The notes beneath the pieces are model-generated. The model ran no database searches and was not told where the DNA came from. It saw only the letters and a program-made list of their open reading frames with translations. Made by a program: the position numbers and the translations under genes. A DNA stretch of 64,000 bases from a virus: positions 1 through 64,000 of the IMG/VR virus record IMGVR_UViG_3300027833_003138, one strand, 5' to 3'. Below are positions 41,767-52,049 of this stretch, piece by piece (position 1 is the first letter of the stretch; each line of letters starts with the position of its first letter).

Positions 41767-41842
41767 TGGAGCCACCTGTCAGATTCGAACTGACGACCGT
41801 TCGCTTACAAGGCGAGTGCTCTACCAACTGAGCTAAGGTGGC
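41767..41842 (-). tRNA. tRNA-Thr(TGT)
   Basis: GCCACCTTAGCTCAGTTGGTAGAGC...CTTGTAA...GTTCGAATC...GGTGGCTCCA. Confidence 0.95.
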
Positions 41843-41844
41843 TT

Positions 41845-43144
41845 TTAAATTATTACACGATTTATATCGTTTTCAAGCTCTAAATTATCCCAATATTTAT
41901 GGTCGCATTCACTGTATTTTATATCATTAAATAAAATTATTACTGAATTTGGAGCATTTGATTCGATTTCGTAGCCTACTGCGTCTCCTTCGGGCACTCT
42001 TCCTCTGCCATTTGCGAACTCAAAGCATTCATCGGAGCCATGCTCAGAATATATTATTTGACTTGAATTTATATTCATTTTTTTGTAATTCTTTCTCTGT
42101 TATTAACATGATTTTTCATTTCTTCGTATATTTTTCGTAAAATATCTTTTTGAGATAATATTCTCAACTTTGTTTCTTGATCGGATACTTTATTGTATTG
42201 TTTTTCTAGTACGTCTATCTGATCGGTGATTATTGAGCGATCAAATTCTCCTTTATAAGTCCATCCAAGATCAAAGCCTCTTGTTAAGCCTGTTTGGTGA
42301 GCCTTTTCAAAATCGTTATGTATTCCGTCGTCAAACATCACCTTGTTACCGAAAGGGGTTTAATCCAACCTTCTCCTGAGTGAAGTTTTGATGCGTGAAT
42401 TTTTGGTCTTGAGGTTAAATCTACAGCTTTAGCTAATTTTTGAGCCTCCAGAGGAGATACATTTAACTTTTTTCCATTTACCCAAATAACACAAGGAATG
42501 TGACCGTTAAGATTGAACGGATGCGGTATTTCATTAATTTGCACTTCAGATAACTTCACTATATTTGGCGTAAAGTTAGGGGCTGGAGTTGTCGGCAACA
42601 TTAAGGGAGGCGGAGGTGGAGCTTCTAGCTTGTCGAAATCTATATTTGCAACTTCTATTTTAGAAGATTCGCAACCAACAAAAAACAATAAAAATATAAT
42701 ATATAAACTACGCATTTTCATTTAAATACTCCTCTACGAATTGATTTGCTTTTTCGAATGCTTCGGGGTGATATTTTTTGCACCATTCTAGCACCCATTG
42801 ATTTACATATGTATTTATTAAGTCTTGTTTTTCTATATCTAATTTATATTTGTTTCCTGCTAGTTCGTTCATTTTTAAAATAAGTTTAATTGATTTGGGT
42901 CTTCTGTTTCTATCTCTTCGTTATTTTCTTGAGTTTGTTTGATTTTTGATTTTGTTGATCGCAGCCAATTTCTTTGAGCCATTCTAACAACAAATCTCAT
43001 AAATGCAAAGGCATAAATTTTATTTAGCTCTATAGTTCCGTTAAATCCATCGTGATCGTACAAAGTGAAGACCTTGCTTTCTTCGTTGTATTCAAAGGTT
43101 GCATTCTTTAGTTGTTTTGTTATTTTTCCCATATTTCCTATCAT
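41845..43144 (-). other. Hypothetical CDSs incl. putative lipoprotein 42338..42721
   Basis: 42338 ORF has FFVGC lipobox-like signal and Pro-rich linker. Confidence 0.6.
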
Positions 43145-43209
43145 TATATCACATAGAGATTATTATGTCAAGATTAAAAAACCCGCACCAACACTGGGTT
43201 TCGGGTGTA

Positions 43210-43581
43210 TATATGATTATGCTGAAAGGAAAAGAAAGACAAATGGTTCTTGATTACTTGTATCAAGAGTGCCTTATAAACTCGCGAGATTTCTTCGCTT
43301 CTAGGAAGAAAATGACCTGCAAGATCGAATCTCAATTGAGGTACGAGCATATATCGGGAAAAGAAAGAATAGAGATTTATAACAAAATAATAAAAAAGAA
43401 AATAATAAATTTCTTGATCGAATGTATGTCTCAATCTTTATCGATGGACTATGTTAATGGATCGCCAGACAAAAGAAAAATGAGAATAAATGAATGGGCG
43501 ACAAATAAATATCAAAACATGCCCAAAAACGAAAAAATCGCAATCTGTGAAAAGATGGGATTTAAATATTTAACTAACTAA
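43210..43581 (+). CDS. Hypothetical protein
   Basis: Likely start MIMLKG just after a GTGTA motif. Confidence 0.6.
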   Translation, partial: YMIMLKGKERQMVLDYLYQECLINSRDFFASRKKMTCKIESQLRYEHISGKERIEIYNKIIKKKIINFLIECMSQSLSMDYVNGSPDKRKMRINEWATNKYQNMPKNEKIAICEKMGFKYLTN

Positions 43582-44452
43582 AACAGAGTGTAATAAAAAA
43601 ACATGAAAAGAAAAATTCTTATAATGGGACTTCCTGGATCAGGAAAAACAACATTAGCTGAAAAGCTTGTTGCTAAATTAAATGCCGCATGGTTTAACGC
43701 AGATGCAGTTCGTCAAGATATATATTCTGAACTTGGATTTTCTCCAGAAGATCGATTGTCTCATGCCACACGAATGGGAAAACTTTGTGATTGGGCAAAA
43801 ATAGGAGGTTCATATGTTATCGCAGATTTCGTATGCCCAACTCAAGAAACTAGAGCCGCTTTTGGTGCAGATTTTGTAATATGGGTAGATCGCATAATGG
43901 AGGGTAGGTATGAAGACACAAATAAAATGTTTGAAAGACCTATGAATTATGATTTAAGACTTACCGATGGAACTCCAGAAGAGTGGGTTGATAAAGTTGT
44001 TGAGAAATTAGACGAAACTGAAGCGTGGGATAATCAAGCTCCAACTGCGTTACTTATAGGTAGGTATCAACCATTTCACATCGGGCATAAGAGCCTTGTC
44101 GCTGAAGCCGTAAAAAGAACAGGCCAATGTTGCATTGCATTAAGAGATGTCGGCGGAATTGATGATAGTAACCCCTACGATTTTGAAAAAGTGAAAAAAG
44201 AAATACATTCTGCTTGTGTAGAATTCGGAAACAAAATTAAAGTTGTCGAACTCCCTAATATTATGGATGTATTTTATGGCAGAGGCGTTGGTTATAATAT
44301 CGAACAACTAGAACTAAGTAAAGAATTACAAGAAGTTTCTGCCACCAAAATCAGAGATGGTCAAATTGGTCAAGACGGAAAACCTTTAGGTAAGCGCCCT
44401 GAATAAGCCTCATTCATGATAATCTGTGAAAAGATGGGATTTAAATATTTAA
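43542..44452. repeat. 32-bp exact direct repeats (43542-43573, 44421-44452) flanking the APS kinase gene
   Basis: aatctgtgaaaagatgggatttaaatatttaa on both sides. Confidence 0.92.
43603..44406 (+). CDS. cysC: Adenylylsulfate kinase-like domain fused to HIGH-motif nucleotidyltransferase
   Basis: GLPGSGKTT, NADAVR, FSPEDR, FVCP; C-domain GRYQPFHIGH ... SATKIR. Confidence 0.8.
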   Translation: MKRKILIMGLPGSGKTTLAEKLVAKLNAAWFNADAVRQDIYSELGFSPEDRLSHATRMGKLCDWAKIGGSYVIADFVCPTQETRAAFGADFVIWVDRIMEGRYEDTNKMFERPMNYDLRLTDGTPEEWVDKVVEKLDETEAWDNQAPTALLIGRYQPFHIGHKSLVAEAVKRTGQCCIALRDVGGIDDSNPYDFEKVKKEIHSACVEFGNKIKVVELPNIMDVFYGRGVGYNIEQLELSKELQEVSATKIRDGQIGQDGKPLGKRPE

Positions 44453-44456
44453 GTAA

Positions 44457-45227
44457 TTAAGGCTCAATAAAGTGATCTGAGTTGATTGTCCTCCAGATAT
44501 AGTTCTCTACCTCGCTATAAATTTTAGAGAAAAATGGCTCGTTTTTTTTATCGAGCATATAAGATGGAGTTGCCCTTGTTTTGAAGACTCCTCGCGAACC
44601 TGCGCAGTGATGATATACGATGCCTCCATATACAGAATACAAAAGCGGATCGACAAACAAGCTCTGCTTTGAATCTCTCTGTATTTTTAACCAATTAATG
44701 CTTTTCTCATTTAAGCGTCCGAACAAGAGACCGCCTATATCGCCCCTCCAATCCACATTAGTATTAAAAGATCTATCTCTGCCCCAACAAAATTGATTAT
44801 CCCTCCAGAATTTAACTTTGCAGAAAGCGAAGGAGGGGTGTGGAGCTAGGCATCCCAAATTCTCAATTCGATTAACTGCGCAAAATTCATAATCCGCGAG
44901 ATTGCATTTAATATAGTTGTTGATATCGCCGATAGGAAACGCATCACTATCGAGAAAGATTAGAACATCATCTTCTTTAACGTTCGGGTCGCAGCACACA
45001 GTATTTGTTAATTGAGCAAGACCCATCTCGTGATCGTCGGACTCGTGGCCCGATTTTGATTTTTTATGACCAAGAAAATGATATTTATGTTCATGTTCTG
45101 ACAGGCATAAATCTTTACTAAAAAGAGCCCAAACTTTGTAGTCGCGAGTAAAGCGTTGAATATGCCTTAATTGAATATCAATCCATTTTATTGTTGCGTG
45201 ATGAATGGTAATATAATGTATTTTCAT
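44457..45227 (-). CDS. Glycosyltransferase-like protein (DxD)
   Basis: IFLDSDAFP, PHPSF. Confidence 0.55.
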   Translation of the reverse strand: MKIHYITIHHATIKWIDIQLRHIQRFTRDYKVWALFSKDLCLSEHEHKYHFLGHKKSKSGHESDDHEMGLAQLTNTVCCDPNVKEDDVLIFLDSDAFPIGDINNYIKCNLADYEFCAVNRIENLGCLAPHPSFAFCKVKFWRDNQFCWGRDRSFNTNVDWRGDIGGLLFGRLNEKSINWLKIQRDSKQSLFVDPLLYSVYGGIVYHHCAGSRGVFKTRATPSYMLDKKNEPFFSKIYSEVENYIWRTINSDHFIEP

Positions 45228-45230
45228 GTT

Positions 45231-45836
45231 TTAAAATTGATAATCAAAGTATTCTATGTCTTTATGATATTTTTGAGAAACAATATCAATGGTTTTTTGG
45301 TTGTAATATTCGCTATAGTGCTTGCGGTTTGTTTTGTTTGTGTGGGGTAATTGTTGTCTCCGCTCGCCAACTTCATCACAAACTAAATTAAAGTCTTGCT
45401 GAAGATTTTCGAATCTTATGATGCGATCTATGCAGTTGCGCCCATCTATTTCAACGAATGAATATTGTGTATAAAAGTGATCTGCGCGTCCTGTGGAATC
45501 ATTTAAATGATTAATTTTTTCGTAACCATTGCGAATCAATAAATAATCTTCAAGTGTTGTGTTTTTTAAAAAATTAAAAAACGGTGAGCTTGGTCGAGTC
45601 CACCATTTGTAATCTGAAACTGCTCGATCCCACGGATTTCGAACAATTGCAAATTTATAATAGCTGCGAATATCAATTCCGTAAACTGATTGCATTTGGT
45701 ATATCGAACAATGCTGTTTCCATAAGCTACGTTTTTCGTCCCAACCATAAAAAGAATCGTCAAATAATTTCTCAACGCTTGTTCCTCCTGTTTTTGGAAT
45801 GTGAACGAAAATAATTTTATGTTCGCGATTTATCAT
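45231..45836 (-). CDS. Sulfotransferase family 2 protein
   Basis: 5'-PSB HIPKTGGTS, 3'-PB RNPWDRAVS, RFENL, DIEYFDY; start reassigned. Confidence 0.9.
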   Translation of the reverse strand: MINREHKIIFVHIPKTGGTSVEKLFDDSFYGWDEKRSLWKQHCSIYQMQSVYGIDIRSYYKFAIVRNPWDRAVSDYKWWTRPSSPFFNFLKNTTLEDYLLIRNGYEKINHLNDSTGRADHFYTQYSFVEIDGRNCIDRIIRFENLQQDFNLVCDEVGERRQQLPHTNKTNRKHYSEYYNQKTIDIVSQKYHKDIEYFDYQF

Positions 45837-46491
45837 TGCCAAGGGGGCGCTTATATAAGAAAGATTCACTTCTTTGATTCCATCCATAATGTAAAGCGGA
45901 ATGCGGTATGTCTGCATTGATTTGTATCATATTGTTTATGATGCAATTAATTTCAGAGTCAGAGTCATATAAATTACACAGTGTATCATGAAGAGTTAAA
46001 TACTGCCAATCTTTATCAAATTTGTACCGTTTGATGAATGCATTTTTTAGTTTCACTGACAAGGGATGGCCTGAATAATCAAAACACATAAACCAACTTG
46101 CTGTTTCAGCATAACCTCCCCTTGGGCTCAGTTTACGAGGAAAAAATCGGTATGCAAAAAAACCAGTGTCATTTACTAATTTATAGTAAAAGCTATTCAG
46201 TGGCAACATAGGATAAACACTAGTATCAACCCACACTCCTCCGAATTTTGATAAAAGCAAAACTCTCAACAAGTCTGATTGGGCGGCAAAAGATCGTTTT
46301 GGGGAGTCACGATTGATGGTGAAAAATTCAGGAACAAAATCTTGAATAGATTGATTATCCAAAACATGAATCCTGTAGTCTGGATTAAACTGTCTCCATC
46401 TTGATATGCATTCCATATTCAATTGTGGCACGTCAATATCGTTTTCCCCTTGAAACCAACACATCCATATTGTTTTTCTGGGAATGTTCAT
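45817..46491 (-). CDS. Capsular-polysaccharide-synthesis (GT32-like) glycosyltransferase
   Basis: IWMCWFQG, SDLLRVLLLSKFGGVWVD. Confidence 0.85.
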   Translation of the reverse strand: MNIPRKTIWMCWFQGENDIDVPQLNMECISRWRQFNPDYRIHVLDNQSIQDFVPEFFTINRDSPKRSFAAQSDLLRVLLLSKFGGVWVDTSVYPMLPLNSFYYKLVNDTGFFAYRFFPRKLSPRGGYAETASWFMCFDYSGHPLSVKLKNAFIKRYKFDKDWQYLTLHDTLCNLYDSDSEINCIINNMIQINADIPHSALHYGWNQRSESFLYKRPLGNDKSRT

Positions 46492-47354
46492 TTTAATAGT
46501 GAGGCAACCTGAGTATTAAAGTATTGTATCAGTTGTCGTTTTCGATTTTCGGTATCTATTGCTGCGACGCTCCAATTGACTGCGTCCATTTGGTCAAAGC
46601 GATAGCATGTGGTCATGCCAGCAAGTGTTGACATTCTTTGTTGGTCGCTTGAATGTTGAGGTGAGTTGACCTCGAAATTAGGATAAAATACAATCACAGG
46701 AATGCCCATCGCTATGCATGGGAGGGCGCAATGCAAGAAAGTTGTAATTACTAGTTTTGCGTTGTCTCTATAATTATCTAAAAGTTTTTCAGCCAATATC
46801 ATGTTGTCATCAAAGTTTGAGGTGTGCGAATAGTGATTAATATATTCACATTGAGAAGCAATATCTTTGGGTAATATGTTGAGTATATCTTTATCTCGTG
46901 ATGCAACAAAGATTTTGTTTTGGCTTGTTGTTGCTCTGCGCTTGGGCAGTGTTGTTGTGAGGCAGTTACTTGTATAGCAATCGATTGCTTGTTGATTAAG
47001 TAGATTGAATGTATGCAGATCACGACAGCCAATTGGTTGATGCATCTTGAAATAATCAACGCTGGTTTGGTTGGTTACATTATCAAATAATCCTTCGCGA
47101 TTTCTTGCATGAAATCCGATAAACAAAGGAATAATGTTATCCGATGGAGGCCAAATTTCTCCGCATCTTTTGTGCCAACCATTCATAACTAAGAAAAATT
47201 TATCAGAACTTACTGGTTGAATACCTGAGTCTCTATCCAAATAAATTTCAGGCTCGAGATCTAATTGTTTAAGCAATCTTAATTGAGCAATGATTTGAAT
47301 ATGATCGCCGAGATTGTTGCTATCAACAGAATAAGATGCAATCTTGATAGCCAT
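46488..47354 (-). CDS. Polysaccharide pyruvyltransferase-like protein
   Basis: NLGDHIQ, IGCRD, LHCALPCIAMGIPVI. Confidence 0.75.
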   Translation of the reverse strand: MAIKIASYSVDSNNLGDHIQIIAQLRLLKQLDLEPEIYLDRDSGIQPVSSDKFFLVMNGWHKRCGEIWPPSDNIIPLFIGFHARNREGLFDNVTNQTSVDYFKMHQPIGCRDLHTFNLLNQQAIDCYTSNCLTTTLPKRRATTSQNKIFVASRDKDILNILPKDIASQCEYINHYSHTSNFDDNMILAEKLLDNYRDNAKLVITTFLHCALPCIAMGIPVIVFYPNFEVNSPQHSSDQQRMSTLAGMTTCYRFDQMDAVNWSVAAIDTENRKRQLIQYFNTQVASLLK

Positions 47355-47359
47355 AAAAT

Positions 47360-47926
47360 TTATTTATTATTTTTTTTAAACAAATAGTATGGATAGTTTT
47401 CAATTTGTTTTTGTTGTGAGGGATTATACTTTGTGACAAAACCTGTTTCTTGGTGTTTTGTGTTAACCGCTTGATATTTACTTGAAGTTTTAGAATCGGT
47501 AAATAAATATGTGGAATTGTAGATACACAAATAGCCATTCTTTGCAACAAGTTGATCGATGATATCAAGTGTTTCCTCAAATATATTAAATTTATAAGAC
47601 AGATCATCATCAGAGCTCCATCGGCATAATACCGACATGGCAAAAACCAAATCAAATTTACAATTTAAACTTTCAAGACTATCTGTATACTCGATGTTTG
47701 AGTATTGATTGTTTTTAAAATTGTCACGAATGACATCTTTATTGATGTCGAATCCAACTTGCTTGATATCGGGGAAATATTTTTCTTGCAAGCTTTCGCA
47801 TTCAAGCCTATAAGAACAACCGAAAGATAGTATATTTTTGGGATTAGGGATGATTGACTGAATTTCAGAAAAAATATCAGGATATCTGTTTGGTAAAGTA
47901 CGAGTAGAGATTTGATTGGTTTTCAT
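47360..47926 (-). CDS. SAM-dependent methyltransferase-like protein
   Basis: ILSFGCS, GFDI, FDLVFAMSVLC, GYL. Confidence 0.65.
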   Translation of the reverse strand: MKTNQISTRTLPNRYPDIFSEIQSIIPNPKNILSFGCSYRLECESLQEKYFPDIKQVGFDINKDVIRDNFKNNQYSNIEYTDSLESLNCKFDLVFAMSVLCRWSSDDDLSYKFNIFEETLDIIDQLVAKNGYLCIYNSTYLFTDSKTSSKYQAVNTKHQETGFVTKYNPSQQKQIENYPYYLFKKNNK

Positions 47927-47941
47927 GTTTTATTAAAATGT

Positions 47942-48499
47942 TTACAAATAAATCACGAATTGCCGCTCTTGCACTTCAACTTTGAGATCGTGTAGAGCAA
48001 CAAATTCATCAACTGCAGGCTGTGGGCCAGGCGTTAATGGGTGAGACCATCCATAATCATCTCCGCATAAAAATCCGCCTTTCTTGACTTGGGGATACCA
48101 ATGTTGCAAATCCTCCAAAACAGAAGCGTAGCTATGATCCGCATCAATATATACCCAGTCAAAATACTCTTTCCCAAAAAACATATCTTTAGAGTTGTTT
48201 TTGTGAATAAAAGCGTTAGATTGATTTTTAAATTTATCTTTTACATGCTTGTATGCATCAATTATTTTTTGACCTTTTGCCCATTTAACCCATTCATGAT
48301 CCTGATGTATCCATGGATCAATTAAATGCAATTCCTTTGGGTTGCATTCGAGTATTTGCGAGGAAAAATCTCCTCTCCATACGCCAATTTCTGCGCATAT
48401 ATCGTTAGTTTTAATTTTTTTGATTGGTAGTAGTCGCGGTCTCATTATAATAATATTATTGTTAGGGTTATCGTTTATTACACCAATTTTTATATTCAA
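47942..48499 (-). CDS. Class I SAM methyltransferase (Methyltransf_24-like)
   Basis: AEIGVWRG, IDPW, YIDADHSY, GGFLCGDDY; true start likely MRPRLL. Confidence 0.85.
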   Translation of the reverse strand: MNIKIGVINDNPNNNIIIMRPRLLPIKKIKTNDICAEIGVWRGDFSSQILECNPKELHLIDPWIHQDHEWVKWAKGQKIIDAYKHVKDKFKNQSNAFIHKNNSKDMFFGKEYFDWVYIDADHSYASVLEDLQHWYPQVKKGGFLCGDDYGWSHPLTPGPQPAVDEFVALHDLKVEVQERQFVIYL

Positions 48500-49247
48500 T
48501 TAGTTCATTGCTTGCGATCATTCTATAATCAAAAAGCTCAAAGTCTTGTTTGCATTTTCTATTAATAACTTCTAGGTCACCAACTTCGTAATGATGTAAA
48601 TATTTATAAACCAAGCCGTCTCCAAAGAAAGAATCGCAACTTTGGTCTAGTGGTTTCGTGTTGATATTTTTGGATAGAGTTGGAATCTCATTATAAGGTA
48701 AGCCAATCATCTCGCAAACTTTTTTAAAATCTTCCTCAAATCTTTCGTTTTTCCCTATAAAATTCATTTTTAATGAATTATCTTGATGCGTCCAGCGTTT
48801 GAAAAATCCGCCAGACCTTATCTGATGAAGTGGGTTAAGGAGTTTTAGGTAGTTTCGAAATAAAAAATTACCATTTCCGTCCGTACATTGTTTTAACTTC
48901 TCAAGTTTTCGCTTGTCAATCCTCCAAGCTGCATCATGCTTGCCGTTTTCTTCTTGGTGTTTAATGTATGTTGGCGAGGCATCAAATTGACTGCGAGAAT
49001 AAAAATAATCGTATGGATTGCGTATGAAACAAAATTTAAAATAATCTTTGCATTCCTCATATATTGGTAGCTGCTGTAAATCATCTATCCAGATATGTCG
49101 AGAGATTGCTTTATTTAGCGTGTTATTAAACATAGGTTTTTCAAGTTCTAGGTAATTATTGAACTGCCCAAGTCTTGCGTGCAAAGTTGAAGTTCCTGTC
49201 TTAGGCACTTCAAAAAAAATAAAACGGTAATCGTGCGAAATAATCAT
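48468..49247 (-). CDS. Sulfotransferase family 2 protein
   Basis: EVPKTGTST, RNPYD, DFELFDY. Confidence 0.85.
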   Translation of the reverse strand: MIISHDYRFIFFEVPKTGTSTLHARLGQFNNYLELEKPMFNNTLNKAISRHIWIDDLQQLPIYEECKDYFKFCFIRNPYDYFYSRSQFDASPTYIKHQEENGKHDAAWRIDKRKLEKLKQCTDGNGNFLFRNYLKLLNPLHQIRSGGFFKRWTHQDNSLKMNFIGKNERFEEDFKKVCEMIGLPYNEIPTLSKNINTKPLDQSCDSFFGDGLVYKYLHHYEVGDLEVINRKCKQDFELFDYRMIASNELIEYKNWCNKR

Positions 49248-49837
49248 TGTTGTTGGAATTTATAGTTAAAGTATTCAATGTCCTTCTTGTATGCTGATTC
49301 GATAATTTTCATGTCGTACTCGTTATAATACTCCCCGTAATGTTCTCGATGTTGGTGAGCTTCTTTTTTAAATGGGCCATTATAGGTCGACAATGAAGGA
49401 GGGCAAATATTAAGGTTTTCGCACAACTGATTAAAGTCTGAATTTAAATTTTCAAACCTAAGAACATAATCTAACTCTATTGATTTATTAATAGCCAAGA
49501 AGTCATATTGACTGCCTAGACCTCCCCACATGTTAAATTTTTTTTCAACAAAAGCGAAACTCAGCCAATCGGAAAAGTTTTTTTGCTTGATGGTTTTATT
49601 AAACTGAGTGAAATATATATACATAGATACTACTCTATCCCAAGGATTTCGAACTACAGAAAATTTATAATATTTATTCCAGTATTTAGAATAATTTTGC
49701 TTACATTGGCTGGCGTTCCAGTGTTTTTCTTTCGTTTCGTTTTTGAGTACAGAATCGTCTGCAAGGCTCACGGAAATAGATGTGCCTGCCGTTTTGGGAG
49801 TGTGAATAAAGATGAATTTATGTTTGTGATTTATCAT
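49244..49837 (-). CDS. Sulfotransferase family 2 protein
   Basis: HTPKTAGTS, RNPWDRVVS, RFENL, DIEYFNY. Confidence 0.9.
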   Translation of the reverse strand: MINHKHKFIFIHTPKTAGTSISVSLADDSVLKNETKEKHWNASQCKQNYSKYWNKYYKFSVVRNPWDRVVSMYIYFTQFNKTIKQKNFSDWLSFAFVEKKFNMWGGLGSQYDFLAINKSIELDYVLRFENLNSDFNQLCENLNICPPSLSTYNGPFKKEAHQHREHYGEYYNEYDMKIIESAYKKDIEYFNYKFQQQ

Positions 49838-49849
49838 TTATAAGGCAGA

Positions 49850-50491
49850 TTAACAATGTTTATGCCAAGAGTTCATTGTGAATGGAGGGTTAAGGTAATT
49901 ATAATGATTTTTAACCGCGTTATTCACAAATACCAAATCGCATTGAGCTAAGACATTGTGTTTGTAACAAAGATCAACAATATGGCATAATGAAAAATTT
50001 GATTCATGTAGAATATTACTAATCTGGTTAAACGCTGGCATTTTCGCCTCAATAATAACGAATGCACATTTGGCTAAACTATTTTTCGCCCCATTTAAAA
50101 TATCAACTTCTAGTCCGTCAACATCAATTTTAAGTAAAGCTGAATCTTGGATATTCTCCTCTGCAAACACAGTATCTAGAGATTTTACGCGAACCGAAAT
50201 TTCAGATTTCTCAGAATTTAAGTCGCTTCCCCCAGTTTTTCGATGAAGATACAACTTGGAATCAAATTCAGCACATCCAATATCTAGTAATTTATATTGT
50301 AGTTTGCTATAGTTTTTATGAATCGATTCAAAATATTGGGGGTCAGGCTCTATTAATATATGCTTAGCTTCGCTGAACACTCTCAATTCTTTTGTTTGAT
50401 ATTGACATCCAGCATCTATTATAGTCGAAAACGGAAAGCTGTATTGACATAAAAAATCACAAAAAAATTGTTTTGTAGGTTTAGGTTTCAT
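49850..50491 (-). CDS. FkbM-family methyltransferase
   Basis: IIDAG, LIEP, LLKIDVDGLE, IIE. Confidence 0.8.
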   Translation of the reverse strand: MKPKPTKQFFCDFLCQYSFPFSTIIDAGCQYQTKELRVFSEAKHILIEPDPQYFESIHKNYSKLQYKLLDIGCAEFDSKLYLHRKTGGSDLNSEKSEISVRVKSLDTVFAEENIQDSALLKIDVDGLEVDILNGAKNSLAKCAFVIIEAKMPAFNQISNILHESNFSLCHIVDLCYKHNVLAQCDLVFVNNAVKNHYNYLNPPFTMNSWHKHC

Positions 50492-50502
50492 TGCGTTTGG
50501 TT

Positions 50503-51387
50503 TTATAGGTTATTTAAAAAATTTATAAAATATTCAACGCTAAGTTCTTTTTTGGTTGATCGTATGGCTAGATAATCTGAAACTTCCTGTATGAAAGCTC
50601 TATCTGTTAATCGTTTGTCGATGTTGTCTGGCAGATCATCTAAATACATAGGATAGTCTTCCCCTAGATACTCTACAATGGGCGGAATTTTATTAACTAA
50701 AACGGGCGTGTGCGTCATTATATGTTCAAGAATAGAGGTGCTGGCAGAGCAATCATCGTAAAAAGCATAACCTATTGTGCAGGTTAGAAGCTCTATATAA
50801 TCATCTGGCTCAAGAAAACCATTTCGAAAAATAATAGAATCATTATCTGAAAGGCTCTTTTTGTACTTTTTTTCCCTTGCTGTCCTATCACAAGTAATTA
50901 ACTTGGTTAAGTTAGAATTAAAATTAATAAAGTGATTAATATTCCTTCCGAAAAACCCACTATGCCTCAAGGTTGGAGCTGTGAAATAGAGATCAATTTC
51001 AAAACGATGACCTGTGTCGGGCTTTGGGTGCAAAAGTGTTTTAATGGGAATTGACGTTTTCGTCTGACAGTGTTGCCTTGTGTGTTCGCTGGTCGTTAAC
51101 AAAAAAAGACAATTATCTTTGGTTTTCCTATAAATAGCAGAGGAGAAAAAACGGTTTAAGTTTTGCTCTCTAGACTCGCTAGCGATGCCATGTAAAATTC
51201 CAACCCATTTATTTCTTTTCAATAAATCAAGTTGATATTCATTGTGGTATCCATCTGCCCATGCATCTAGAATCGGTTCGCCTTCGACTAATTTAGCTTG
51301 CCGCTTAAACTTTTCGATAATAAATCCCCACCCATAAAAATGGTCTTTTATAATACTCGCGGGGCATCTAATGTGAGAGAAATTCAT
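50503..51387 (-). CDS. Putative GT-B-like glycosyltransferase
   Basis: SASTSILEHI..TPVLVN..P.IVEYLG..YP motif; island context. Confidence 0.45.
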   Translation of the reverse strand: MNFSHIRCPASIIKDHFYGWGFIIEKFKRQAKLVEGEPILDAWADGYHNEYQLDLLKRNKWVGILHGIASESREQNLNRFFSSAIYRKTKDNCLFLLTTSEHTRQHCQTKTSIPIKTLLHPKPDTGHRFEIDLYFTAPTLRHSGFFGRNINHFINFNSNLTKLITCDRTAREKKYKKSLSDNDSIIFRNGFLEPDDYIELLTCTIGYAFYDDCSASTSILEHIMTHTPVLVNKIPPIVEYLGEDYPMYLDDLPDNIDKRLTDRAFIQEVSDYLAIRSTKKELSVEYFINFLNNL

Positions 51388-51390
51388 AAT

Positions 51391-52041
51391 TCAAACAATT
51401 GAACGCGCGATATTTATCACATCTCCAAAGCCTCCAGAGTCTGTAATCGAATGCTTCGCCAAAGAAAGCGTTAAAAAGTCTTCGTCGATATGATCAACTT
51501 GTCTTTTCTCGTTTTGATGTATCGAAATAGGCAAGTTAAATCTAACTTTTATGGTTTGAATTATGTCGTTAAAACGAATGCGGTTTTCGTCTACAGCTTC
51601 TTCGCTGAATTGCCAGATTTTTTTAAACTCGTTATCTCCAAAATGTAATGCTGATACTATTTCGATCTTTTTAATTTCTTTGTTTTGATTTGATTTTTCA
51701 TATATTTTTGAATATAATTTATCTGGAAAGTAAAGAAATAGACCAACGCTTTTGCCGTATGAGTGCATAACGCAATCCCCTAGTCTCATGTTAATGTATA
51801 AAGTATTTTCGTTAACATTCACTCTGTTTTTTAGGGAATTAATGCATTTTTTGAGAGCATTTATGTTTAATTTGTTTAAAGGGCCCTTAGATTCTAAATA
51901 GAGCCTTAATAGGCTGCCTTCGTATTCGGTATTGTTTAGGATGACTTCTTTATCGTGCAACCATCTGGCCCCTTTACAAAATAATAGATCTCCTAGTCTA
52001 TAATGAGGGTTTGATTTAAAAATCTTGATTTGATCGAACAT
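51391..52041 (-). CDS. Putative fucosyltransferase-like glycosyltransferase
   Basis: NMRLGD and DEDF..LS.AKH.I...GGF resemble GT11/GT23-type motifs. Confidence 0.4.
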   Translation of the reverse strand: MFDQIKIFKSNPHYRLGDLLFCKGARWLHDKEVILNNTEYEGSLLRLYLESKGPLNKLNINALKKCINSLKNRVNVNENTLYINMRLGDCVMHSYGKSVGLFLYFPDKLYSKIYEKSNQNKEIKKIEIVSALHFGDNEFKKIWQFSEEAVDENRIRFNDIIQTIKVRFNLPISIHQNEKRQVDHIDEDFLTLSLAKHSITDSGGFGDVINIARSIV

Positions 52042-52049
52042 GGTTTTTA

